This document shows, piece after piece, positions 9,790 to 18,036 of a DNA stretch of 19,848 bases. The position numbers and the translations under genes are program-made. Origin of the DNA: an uncultured Thermococci archaeon (GTDB lineage: Archaea; CAYQAE01; CAYVLA01); contig CAZJVP010000012.1 of NCBI GenBank assembly GCA_964549615.1, positions 1 to 19,848 on the forward strand, written 5' to 3'. Numbering within the stretch: the first letter of the stretch is position 1; the number at the start of each line of letters is the position of its first letter. The notes under the pieces are model-generated. The model ran no database searches, was not told the origin of the DNA, and saw nothing but the letters and a program-made list of their open reading frames with translations.

Positions 9790-11232
9790 ATGGCCAGGCT
9801 GCCCCACATTCTGATCCTGATGCCGGACCAGCAGCGGGCCGATTGCCTGTCCTGTGCCGGCCACCCGCAGCTCAGGACTCCAAACATGGACAGGATCGCG
9901 TCCGAGGGGGTGCGCTTCACGCAGGCTGCGACGGTCAGCCCGGTGTGCATGCCCGCCAGAGCCTCCTTCGTGAACGCGCTGTACCCGCACAACCACGGCA
10001 TGTGGGACAACGCGGGCTGCATGCCGCCGCATGATGACACGTTTTTTCACCATCTCCAAGCCGCGGGCTACTGCACGGCCCACATAGGCAAGTCCCACTA
10101 CTACTCACACGTGAAGGGCCATATGCGGGATTATGAGGCCTACATGCACGCGAGGGGGCTTGAATACGTCCACGAGACCACGGGGCCCCTCGCCGCGCAG
10201 GGAATGCAAAGCTACATGACGGACTGCTGGGAGACCCACGGCCTCTACGATGCCTTCAAGCAGGACTATGCCGAACGCGGCCGGCTGCGACGCGAGAATC
10301 CTCTCTTCGTGAGGATGAGCCCGCTTCCGGTCGAGCTCTACCTCGACAGCTACGTTGGCCAACACGCGGAGTCCTACGTGCTAAACTACAGGGACCATCG
10401 ACCGCTATGTCTCTTCGTCGGCTTCCCCGGACCGCACGAGCCCTGGGATGCACCGGGCGAATACGCCACCATGTACGACCCGGACGAGACTCCCGATCCC
10501 ATTCCGTGGCCTGAGGAGAACCGGCTGCTGCCGGAAGCGATCCGCACGATGGACGACTTCCTTCCCATGAATGGAACCACGCCGGAGAACATACGGCGGG
10601 TTCGCGCGAACTACTACGGCAAGATCACTCTCATCGACTACTGGGTCGGACGGATACTGGATGCCTTCGAGGAAAGGCACATGCTGGACGACACGCTCAT
10701 CGTCTTCTGGTCGGACCACGGGGAGATGTTGGGCGACCACCGGCGCGTCTTCAAGTGTACCTTCCATGAGAGCAGCATGCGCGTGCCGCTAATCCTTCGC
10801 TGGCCCGGCCGCTCCGCAGAGGGCGCGACAAGCGACGCGCTGGTCGAGATCATCGACGTGTACCCGACGATCCTGGAGGCGTTGGACATCGATCGCCCCT
10901 CTCGCTGCCTGGGTCGTTCCTTGCTCCCGCTTCTCACCCAACCCGATGTTGCGTTCCGAGACTCCCAGCTAAGCGAGATTCATCACGCGGGCGAGAGGCG
11001 CCTCTGTCTTCGCACCCGCTGTCACAAGTACGCTGTGCGCCAGAATGGGGACGGGTACATGCTCTACGACCTCAAGGCGGATCCTTTCGAACAGCACAAC
11101 CTGATCGGGCAGGACAAGGACCTTGAGCAGGCGCTCCGCGACCAGCTGTTACGCCGGCTCACCCTCTCTCAGTACTCCATGCGCGGGCAACTTCGCGATC
11201 CTTCCGTCCCTGGGCTCCTGCGGCCCCTCTAG
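9790..11232 (+). CDS. Sulfatase-like hydrolase (formylglycine-dependent, Cys-type), predicted cytoplasmic, 480 aa
   Basis: PHILILMPDQQR, CMPAR (CxPxR), GYCTAHIGKSH, PHEPW, SDHGEMLGDH, LYDLKADPFE. No signal peptide. TATA-like CTTAAG about 28 nt upstream. Confidence 0.92.
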   Translation: MARLPHILILMPDQQRADCLSCAGHPQLRTPNMDRIASEGVRFTQAATVSPVCMPARASFVNALYPHNHGMWDNAGCMPPHDDTFFHHLQAAGYCTAHIGKSHYYSHVKGHMRDYEAYMHARGLEYVHETTGPLAAQGMQSYMTDCWETHGLYDAFKQDYAERGRLRRENPLFVRMSPLPVELYLDSYVGQHAESYVLNYRDHRPLCLFVGFPGPHEPWDAPGEYATMYDPDETPDPIPWPEENRLLPEAIRTMDDFLPMNGTTPENIRRVRANYYGKITLIDYWVGRILDAFEERHMLDDTLIVFWSDHGEMLGDHRRVFKCTFHESSMRVPLILRWPGRSAEGATSDALVEIIDVYPTILEALDIDRPSRCLGRSLLPLLTQPDVAFRDSQLSEIHHAGERRLCLRTRCHKYAVRQNGDGYMLYDLKADPFEQHNLIGQDKDLEQALRDQLLRRLTLSQYSMRGQLRDPSVPGLLRPL

Positions 11233-11667
11233 TCCCGGCATAACCGTGGCGGAACCCATAGAGCGGATCGGCGTCTCCCCGTTCCTAACGCCAGACTTAG
11301 CCTCGGACGACGGCGGGCCATGCCACCCAATCTCAGACCTCACCGCGATGCCGTTCCAGTAGCCCGGGGCAAGATCCAACCATCTTCGCGCTGGCGTTAA
11401 GACGCCTGCCAGAATCAAAGCGTTCTCTGCGTAAGTATTATAAATCGCCTGCGCGTGATAAGTGTCCGTCGGAGCTGGTCTTCGGGCGGGGGCACAAAGG
11501 CGACGCAGGGAGATCCTAATTTTCTCAATCCCCCCAAACACAATCCCCCCTCCCTGCGTCCCGTGCATACCCACGACCGGAGAACCGGTCCAACGATGTG
11601 GCTTGCGAGCGGACATCCGGGTTCCTTTCTTTCCCGGGAGATCCGTTGCGCCACGCCCCACGGCGAG

Positions 11668-11685
11668 CCGGGTCGATTCCCGGTC
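11668..11685 (+). repeat. Degenerate direct copy of the tRNA-Glu T-arm (candidate attR relic)
   Basis: CCGGG-TCGATT-CCCGG-TC compared with CCGGG-TTCAAAT-CCCGG-TC at 7593-7611: 16 of 19 aligned positions identical, stem intact, same orientation. Confidence 0.4.
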
Positions 11686-11780
11686 TAGATGATCCCGCCC
11701 ATCTTTGCCACACGCCGTCCTCGAATGCGACGATGCCAAAAGCTTAAGAGGCGCCTGGCAATGCCTAGCGCGGTGAGACG

Positions 11781-12227
11781 GTGACGAAGGATAAGATCCT
11801 TGAGTTGCTGAACCACGGATTGGAACTGGAGCATGCGGCCTACATCCAGTACCTGAGCCACGCCGAACTGGTCGACGGTGTGAACGCAGAACCCATCATC
11901 GCCAGGCTGAAGGAGATCGCTGGAGACGAGAAGAACCACCAGGACAAGTTTAGAACGCTGATCGGGATCTTGGGCGGCGTTCCGAGCATGAAGATCGCTC
12001 CCACCCACGCTGCGAAGGACCTGAGGGAGATACTCGAGGTGAACCTGAAGGACGAAAAGGAAGCGGTCGACACTTACAGGAAGATCCTTGAGGAACTCCG
12101 CAAGGAGAAAGGCCAAGGATACTACGACCACCTCCTTGAACACGACCTAAGACACATCCTGATGGAGGAGCAGGAGCACATAACGGAGTTGGAGCTGCTT
12201 CTCGGCACCCAGGGATCAAGCTACTAG
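11781..12227 (+). CDS. Ferritin-like di-iron protein (bacterioferritin/rubrerythrin-like four-helix bundle), 148 aa
   Basis: ELEHAAYIQYLSH, DEKNH, EKEAVDTY and EEQEH give two E...ExxH sets. GGTGA RBS before the GTG start; CCAAAAG-CTTAAG promoter-like element at 11736-11748. Confidence 0.9.
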   Translation: MTKDKILELLNHGLELEHAAYIQYLSHAELVDGVNAEPIIARLKEIAGDEKNHQDKFRTLIGILGGVPSMKIAPTHAAKDLREILEVNLKDEKEAVDTYRKILEELRKEKGQGYYDHLLEHDLRHILMEEQEHITELELLLGTQGSSY

Positions 12228-12338
12228 ACGCACGCAGGTAGATCTCGGCCCAAGTCGGACATCGAAGCCTGGCGAAACGATGGGGCGACCGAGCCGTTGC
12301 GCCGCTTGAGATTCTGCGAGCAGGCTGGAGATCCTTGA

Positions 12339-14003
12339 TCATTCGAGGATACTCCAACCGCCCCCCTCCACGACGCGTACCCGTGAATTGGCGGGCAGGG
12401 GGCCAACTTCCTGGATCTTCCCGCTCGGCCATGTGATCCTGAGCATGTCGACCTTGTCCCTAGAGCCCAGGCCGAATGCCTGCTCGATCGGATCGTGGAT
12501 GTGGCCTCGCCCGGCGGGAACCTCGCGGAACTGCCTCAGATCACCCGCGACGAGCTCAAGGCGGGCCCCTATGCCATCCCTGTTGCTCTCAGTTCCCTGC
12601 AGATTAACCCTAATCCAGTTGTTGGCGTTTCCGGTTGAGCGGAAGAGCCTGTTCTGACCCCCCGCCACGACGACGTATATGTCGAGATCCCCGTCCCCAT
12701 CGTAGTCAAAAAAGCAGACCGCCTTGGGGTCGCCGAAGTCGATGTCCAGGCCAACCTTGGCGGTTATGTCCTCGAAGGTCCCATCTCCCCGGTTAGCCAA
12801 GAGGACCGTCTTGCCGGCTGCTGTCAGAAGAACGTCCAAGTCGCCGTCGAAGTCGAAGTCAGCACAGTCCATCCCGTGAACGAGGTTCTCGGGACCGAAC
12901 GCTCCGACCTGCGAGGAAACCTCCTTGAAGCGCTTTCCCACGTTCCTATAGTACGCCTTGGCCCCGGCCGAATCCTTGTCCACGCCGAAGAAGTCGTAGT
13001 CCCCATCCCCGTCGAAGTCGCCGAAGAAGCTGCAATGGGTCTGCCCCCTCAGGCCTGCGCTGTTGGCGATCCTGGTGAACCCGTTGCCGGTGTTCTCGTA
13101 GAACACGTTGCTTGCCGGCTTTCCCTGCCACTCCTGGTTGGAAAGGTACACGTCGAGGTCTCCGTCAAGGTCGTAGTCCGCGCTGTTGAGGCCGTGCGGT
13201 GCGTCGCCGGCCCCAAGATCGGTCGTGTACAGGAACCTGCCGTCCCTCCTGTTCTGGAAGTAGTAGTTCATGCCCCCGACGTTCGTGGCGATGATGTCCA
13301 ACCACCCGTCCCCGTTGTAGTCCCCCATGCATGCGCTGTGGCTTTGGCTTGCGCCACCGACCTGCATATCGGCGCTCAGCGTCACGTCCTTGAAGGTGAA
13401 GTTGCCTTCGTTGCGGTACAGCACGTTGCGGCCGCCTGAGGTTCCCAGCCAGTTGGCGCAGAACACGTCCCTATCGCCGTCATTGTCATAGTCGCCCATC
13501 GCGACGCCGTGCCCGCCTCCCGGGCCCTTCCCGACCCCGGTGAGGGCGGTGACGTCCGTGAAGGTGCCGTCACCGTTGTTCCTGTAGAACAGGTTGCCGT
13601 CCTTGTTGACTATGTAGAGGTCATAGTCCAGATCGCCGTCGAGGTCCTCAACGCCGAGCCCGTGTCCGCTGGCAGTTACGCCAAGCCCCGCCTCAAGAGT
13701 GACGTCCTCAAACCTGATCGTGCCGGTCCAATGGCCGGAAGGTGTCGGACCGGTTCGGCCTCCAAGGAAGGATGGCAGCAACGCGACCAGACAGATCGCT
13801 AGCGAGCAGAGGATCGCGACGGCCAGGAGCTTTCGCCTCGGCAAAGCGACGCGCCCCGCAGTCGGCTTCGATACACAAGCATGGCTCCTCGGCGAGGCAT
13901 GCGCGCTACAGAAGATCCCCCCGCATCTTCGGCACTTGACGGGCTTGAAAAGCACCTTGTGGCATTCCTGGCATTTGGATTCCCCGGACGAACCCGATCC
14001 CAT
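12339..14003 (-). CDS. AN1-type zinc finger + TM helix + FG-GAP/VCBS repeats + ASPIC/UnbV domain (CRTAC1-like), 554 aa
   Basis: N-terminal CQEC-x9-CRRC-x4-C-x2-H-x5-H-x-C; RRK followed by hydrophobic LLAVAILCSLAICLVALL; seven DxDGDxDxD-type repeats; C-terminal NRDGIGARLEL...FGLG...ITWPSG. Confidence 0.9.
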   Translation of the reverse strand: MGSGSSGESKCQECHKVLFKPVKCRRCGGIFCSAHASPRSHACVSKPTAGRVALPRRKLLAVAILCSLAICLVALLPSFLGGRTGPTPSGHWTGTIRFEDVTLEAGLGVTASGHGLGVEDLDGDLDYDLYIVNKDGNLFYRNNGDGTFTDVTALTGVGKGPGGGHGVAMGDYDNDGDRDVFCANWLGTSGGRNVLYRNEGNFTFKDVTLSADMQVGGASQSHSACMGDYNGDGWLDIIATNVGGMNYYFQNRRDGRFLYTTDLGAGDAPHGLNSADYDLDGDLDVYLSNQEWQGKPASNVFYENTGNGFTRIANSAGLRGQTHCSFFGDFDGDGDYDFFGVDKDSAGAKAYYRNVGKRFKEVSSQVGAFGPENLVHGMDCADFDFDGDLDVLLTAAGKTVLLANRGDGTFEDITAKVGLDIDFGDPKAVCFFDYDGDGDLDIYVVVAGGQNRLFRSTGNANNWIRVNLQGTESNRDGIGARLELVAGDLRQFREVPAGRGHIHDPIEQAFGLGSRDKVDMLRITWPSGKIQEVGPLPANSRVRVVEGGGWSILE

Positions 14004-14025
14004 GACCGTGCGCGGTCAGCACCTC

Positions 14026-14096
14026 TATTTAACTTGCTTTTTGGGGCCGGGTGGTGAGGGGTTGGAGTTGAGGCAAGCCCGCCCCGATATTTATTA
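14026..14096. promoter_or_regulatory. Back-to-back TATA boxes of a divergent gene pair
   Basis: Minus-strand TTAAATA (14032-14026) begins 29 nt before ATG 14003; plus-strand TTTATTA (14090-14096) begins 27 nt before GTG 14117. Confidence 0.55.
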
Positions 14097-14116
14097 GGAA
14101 GATCGTCCCCAAAGCC

Positions 14117-15400
14117 GTGCGGTCGGAAGGATTGCGTCGGTGGAGCCTCCAGCTGCTGACGGCGGTTTCGCTGTTCGCGGCACTCTCAACCGCTCTGGGC
14201 GAGCATGCCAAGCCGGCAAAGGTTCTGGTGGCCGGTCTGCCCAGCGAGATGGCGCTAGCAGCTGCCTGGCTTGAGATCGACCCCCTGACGGATCCCCAGG
14301 TCATACCGGCTCGGAGCCAGGACAGCCCCTTCACCACCGAACAGTTGCGCAAGTTCGTGCGTCTCTACTTCCCGAGGACTTATGCCAAGCTTCTGGAGTA
14401 TGAGTACATGATCTTGGCGCAGGTGGAGATCTGGATCTTCACGAACGAGCAACAGTACATGCTCTACGACTCCATCTACAAGGGCGGCCTTGGCGGGATG
14501 CAGACCCGAAGCGTGATGAGCATGCATATCGGCATATCCAAGCCCTGGGCGGAATCGATACTCTCGGACGCATTCCCCAACGATGCCGACGCGGTCGTGG
14601 GCTTGCCCTCCTACACACCGCACCAGGAGCCAATGAGGGTCGTCATAAACACCAATGAGATGGTGCCTCCGATCTACAAGCCGTATAAGGATCTGCCGGG
14701 CGTGGAGTACTCCTTCATCGGCGCCTACGGGACGAACATCGCCATACCGAAGGAGGGGGCGGTCGTGGTATCCTACTCGGTAGGACCCTACAAGTACGGC
14801 TTCCCGGGGGCCTACCCAGACCCGCGGTTCCAGAGCCCCGGATGGCTGCCCCACAGCATGTACTGGAAGTTCGGAAACGGGACGACCTGGACACACCAAG
14901 ACATGTTCGGCCAGTACTGGAACACGATCTACAACCCCTACGCCCCCGACATGGTGTTGGCCGAGCTGATCTTCAGTACCGGCAGGAAGCTCCCCGACGA
15001 CGTTCTGGCCGTCCACGCGCTCCGGGTCAAGTTCACGGAATACTCGTCGCTGAAGGGTTTCATCTACGCGATCATCGATTTTGCGGAGAAGTTCGGCGCC
15101 AACACGGCGCCCGTGACGGGGAAAATGTCCAAAATTGCCCGGGGGGTTGAGGATGCCAAACAGCTTTACCTGGATCAGAACTTCGGAGAGTCCTCGATCG
15201 CGATGGACCAAGCCCTCGCCGACCTCGACCTCCTCAGAAAGGAGTCCCTGAAGCTGAAGGACCGGGCGCTCATGTGGGTCTATGTCATCGAGTGGCTGGC
15301 GGTGAGCGGGGTCTCGCTGGTGGCCGGGTTCTCCATCTGGACCCTGATGATCAGGCGTAGCCTGTACAGGGAAGTCTCGGTGACCCGGCTGACCCTTTAG
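14117..15400 (+). CDS. Secreted, C-terminally membrane-anchored protein, paralog of 1816..2985 with a divergent GATase1-like ectodomain, 427 aa
   Basis: Signal peptide (RRWSLQLLTAVSLFAALSTALG). Shares DP..D...IPA, RxYxPRTYA, GRxxPxD, FxExxGAN, RAxxWxxxxEW and LMxRRxLYREVxxTR with 1816..2985. Confidence 0.85.
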   Translation: MRSEGLRRWSLQLLTAVSLFAALSTALGEHAKPAKVLVAGLPSEMALAAAWLEIDPLTDPQVIPARSQDSPFTTEQLRKFVRLYFPRTYAKLLEYEYMILAQVEIWIFTNEQQYMLYDSIYKGGLGGMQTRSVMSMHIGISKPWAESILSDAFPNDADAVVGLPSYTPHQEPMRVVINTNEMVPPIYKPYKDLPGVEYSFIGAYGTNIAIPKEGAVVVSYSVGPYKYGFPGAYPDPRFQSPGWLPHSMYWKFGNGTTWTHQDMFGQYWNTIYNPYAPDMVLAELIFSTGRKLPDDVLAVHALRVKFTEYSSLKGFIYAIIDFAEKFGANTAPVTGKMSKIARGVEDAKQLYLDQNFGESSIAMDQALADLDLLRKESLKLKDRALMWVYVIEWLAVSGVSLVAGFSIWTLMIRRSLYREVSVTRLTL

Positions 15401-15462
15401 GGGCGTACGCATGCTCGCTCTCATGTGCATCAGAAGTTCGACTCGGAGAAGGAGATGAGTCC

Positions 15463-15807
15463 TTGAAGCTCATGAACTACAAAGGGGTCCCGGCCCAGGA
15501 CGTTGCCGAAGAGGGAGCTGCTGGCACGAAGATTCGCTGGCTCATCGCTGAGAAGGACGGCGCGCCTAATTTCGCCATGAGACTGTTCGAGATGGCACCT
15601 GGCGGCCACACACCCCTCCATGCACACCCCTGGGAACACGAGGTCTTCGTGATCCGCGGGAGGGGACTGGTCGTCCGAGGCGGCTCCGAAGCTAGGATCG
15701 CGCCGGGCGACTTCGTCTTCATCGAGCCGAATGAAACCCACCAGTTCAGAAACCACGGAAGGGCCATGCTCTCCTTCATATGCGTCATCCCGCTCCGGAA
15801 GCGCTGA
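15463..15807 (+). CDS. Cupin domain protein (monocupin), 114 aa
   Basis: PGGHTPLHAHPWEHEVFV and PGDFVFIEPNETHQFRN cupin motifs; GGAGATGA RBS-like sequence before the TTG start. Confidence 0.9.
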   Translation: MKLMNYKGVPAQDVAEEGAAGTKIRWLIAEKDGAPNFAMRLFEMAPGGHTPLHAHPWEHEVFVIRGRGLVVRGGSEARIAPGDFVFIEPNETHQFRNHGRAMLSFICVIPLRKR

Positions 15808-16089
15808 ACCTTCCGGTTGCGGCGCCACCTCAGATGCGGAACCCAACCCAGCCGATTCAGCCCAGCTCGGATGGGGGCGAACCGTCTCGCAAGAGGGGTT
15901 CTGATGCTCTACGAGGTGAACACAAGGTGGAAGGAGGCTTCCCCTTCAACATCACATTTCTTCCGGGCGCCTCGCGGCCCTAGGCTGGCCACGACGGGTA
16001 CGCCCGTTTGAGGTCGTCGCTCCAGGCATCCGGAAGCTGTCCGGTTCCGTAGAGGCTCTCCGGCCCGCCTCCCAAGTCAACTCGGTAAG

Positions 16090-17319
16090 CTAGGCACCAA
16101 ACATAGCCGCCCTGTCCATCAGGTCAAGCAGGATGTTCATCAAGTCCTTTCCCCTTATGCGGCCAAGCCCGCCCCTAGAACAGCTCCTCTCCCCGAACTC
16201 CGTCACATCGTCGGCTCTCACTCCCCTCCCTGCAATGGCGAGAGGCACGGGGTCGCCGGAGTGGTTCCTCACCGAGACGGGCGTGCTATGATCGGCGGTC
16301 ACCGCCACGTACGTGCCATCGCCGACGGAAGGCATCATCCCGCCCACCATCTCGTCCAACCTCTGGATCATGGTGACCTTCGCCTTGGCGTCACCGTCAT
16401 GCCCCGCGATGTCGCAGCCCTTCACGTTCATCATAACGAAGTCGTGGCCCTCGAGAGCTGCGATCGCCGCCTTCGCCATCGCCTTGGTATCCGTGTCCAG
16501 GCCGCCAGTGGATCCGGGGACCTCTATGACCTCCAAGCCAAGGACCTTCGCAACGCCGGATATCAGCCCTACCTCGGCGATCGCGGCTCCTGAGAGGCCA
16601 AACCTCTCCTTGAAGGCTGGGATCTCCTTGAGAATGCCCGCACCTCTTGGCAGCAGCACGTTTGCCGGCAGCAGCCCCCTCCTCTTGCGCTCGATGTTGA
16701 CCGGGTGCTTCTCCAAACGATCGTGGCTGATCCTGACGAAATCGTTAATCACGCTTGCGGTCTTGTCCGAGCCTGGCTCGAGCGCCACGCAGGGCCGCAG
16801 CGGCCTGCCGACCTCGTGCGGATCTACATCCGACACGTTCTGGCCAAGCCCGCTTCCCCGCAGGATGAGGGCGCCTCTATGGGCGACGGATTCCTTGAAT
16901 ATGACCTTGACCCCACGGATCTCCATGCCATCGATCGCCTGGGCGAGCTCATGGGTCCCTTCAACGATCCTGCCGGCCCTCCTGTCCACGATCACCATAT
17001 TCTCATCGACGGTGGCAAAGTTGCACCGGAAGGCCACGTCGCCGGGCTTGACGTCCAGCCCGATGCCGGCCGCCTCGAAAGGCCCCCTTCCCGTGTACCA
17101 CTGGTACGGGTCGGCTCCCAGGTAGGACAGATGGGATGTGTCGCTACCAGGTCTGATTCCGGGTGCGATCGGGTCCATTATCCCGTTTACCCCGCTTCTG
17201 GCGAGGTCATCGAGGTTCGGGGTCTCGGCCGCCTCCAGCGGCGTCAGCCCTCCGAGTTCGGCTACGGGTCGGTCGCCCATGCCGTCAAAGATCAACAACA
17301 GGCATTTGGCGTTCTGCAT
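16090..17319 (-). CDS. apgM: 2,3-bisphosphoglycerate-independent phosphoglycerate mutase, archaeal type
   Basis: DGMGDRP, TPLEAAETPNLD, PGSDTSHLS (phosphoserine motif), GRGPFEAAG, DVAFRCNF, DIAGHDG, TADHSTP, HSGDPVP. Confidence 0.95.
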   Translation of the reverse strand: MQNAKCLLLIFDGMGDRPVAELGGLTPLEAAETPNLDDLARSGVNGIMDPIAPGIRPGSDTSHLSYLGADPYQWYTGRGPFEAAGIGLDVKPGDVAFRCNFATVDENMVIVDRRAGRIVEGTHELAQAIDGMEIRGVKVIFKESVAHRGALILRGSGLGQNVSDVDPHEVGRPLRPCVALEPGSDKTASVINDFVRISHDRLEKHPVNIERKRRGLLPANVLLPRGAGILKEIPAFKERFGLSGAAIAEVGLISGVAKVLGLEVIEVPGSTGGLDTDTKAMAKAAIAALEGHDFVMMNVKGCDIAGHDGDAKAKVTMIQRLDEMVGGMMPSVGDGTYVAVTADHSTPVSVRNHSGDPVPLAIAGRGVRADDVTEFGERSCSRGGLGRIRGKDLMNILLDLMDRAAMFGA

Positions 17320-17322
17320 CTC

Positions 17323-18036
17323 CTACACCTGCCTCAGCTCAAGCTTGATCTCCTTCCCCTGGCCGTTCTTAAGGGTCCCCACCAAGCCCCTCACGGTCTT
17401 ATCCACGACATCCTGAACGAAGGGCGAGAGAGTGATCGACTTGCCGTCGACCTCGAGGGCAACCTTGTCCGTGAGGTACGCGCACTCGTGGTCCTTGGCC
17501 TTCCCCTCGAAGATCTCCCGAGCAAGCTGGCTGCACTTCTGCCTCCCGCACCTCTTGCAGTTGGTCTCCGGCAGGCGCCGGAATGCGCAGCTCTCTATCC
17601 TGGCGTATAGCTTCTCGCTGTCCTTGATGAACACCGCGCCCAGCTTCTCCGCCTTGACCTTAAGTTCCTCGTTCCCCGTGACCAAGAAGGTGTAATCATC
17701 CACTAGTTTGAGGTCCTCCTCCTTCTGGGCCACGAGCACCTTGAGGAAGCCCTTCATCTTCTTGAATCCCTCAAGCACCGCGAAGTCGCAGCCCATCAGT
17801 TCCCTCCACAGGTCCCCCTTCATTTGGAGGATGTGGAAGAGCTTCGGATCCACGCCCACGACCTTCTCGGCACCCATCGCGAAATGCCTCTCTGTGTCCT
17901 TGTCCGGGTTGATCTCGTGAACCGAGTGCTTGGCGGTGTGCACCCGATACCCCCTCTCCCTCAGGTGCTTGATCAGATCCTCCACCACCGAGGTCTTTCC
18001 CGCCTCGCTGAACCCGATGATGCCCACCGCTCTCAT
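17323..18036 (-). CDS. mobB: Molybdopterin-guanine dinucleotide biosynthesis protein B family, with a C-terminal putative Fe-S domain
   Basis: P-loop GFSEAGKT, GYRVHTAKH, KDTERH, VLEGFK; LPETNCKRCGRQKC...C cluster motif; ATGA coupling to the upstream HIT gene. Confidence 0.88.
   Translation of the reverse strand: MRAVGIIGFSEAGKTSVVEDLIKHLRERGYRVHTAKHSVHEINPDKDTERHFAMGAEKVVGVDPKLFHILQMKGDLWRELMGCDFAVLEGFKKMKGFLKVLVAQKEEDLKLVDDYTFLVTGNEELKVKAEKLGAVFIKDSEKLYARIESCAFRRLPETNCKRCGRQKCSQLAREIFEGKAKDHECAYLTDKVALEVDGKSITLSPFVQDVVDKTVRGLVGTLKNGQGKEIKLELRQV

Noticed and set aside
11286-11399. 9-bp inverted repeat TAACGCCAG/CTGGCGTTA as MITE ends
   Set aside because: Short enough to occur by chance, with no target-site duplication and no second copy.
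12640-13660. Recurring GTCGAAGTC/GTCGCCGTC-like DNA repeats considered as a CRISPR or tandem array
   Set aside because: They are the codons of the FG-GAP DxDGDxD protein repeats on the minus strand, degenerate and irregularly spaced.
15808-16089. SRP RNA, RNase P RNA or SECIS assignment for the cupin-apgM spacer
   Set aside because: The SRP helix-8 motif, the RNase P P4 sequences and a matching in-frame UGA selenoprotein are all absent; kept only as an unassigned structured region.
14255-17610. Long antisense ORFs (14255..15430-, 16313..17125+, 16705..17610+; similarly 6658..7464- and 3718..4467-)
   Set aside because: Shadow frames of high-GC genes with clear family motifs on the opposite strand.
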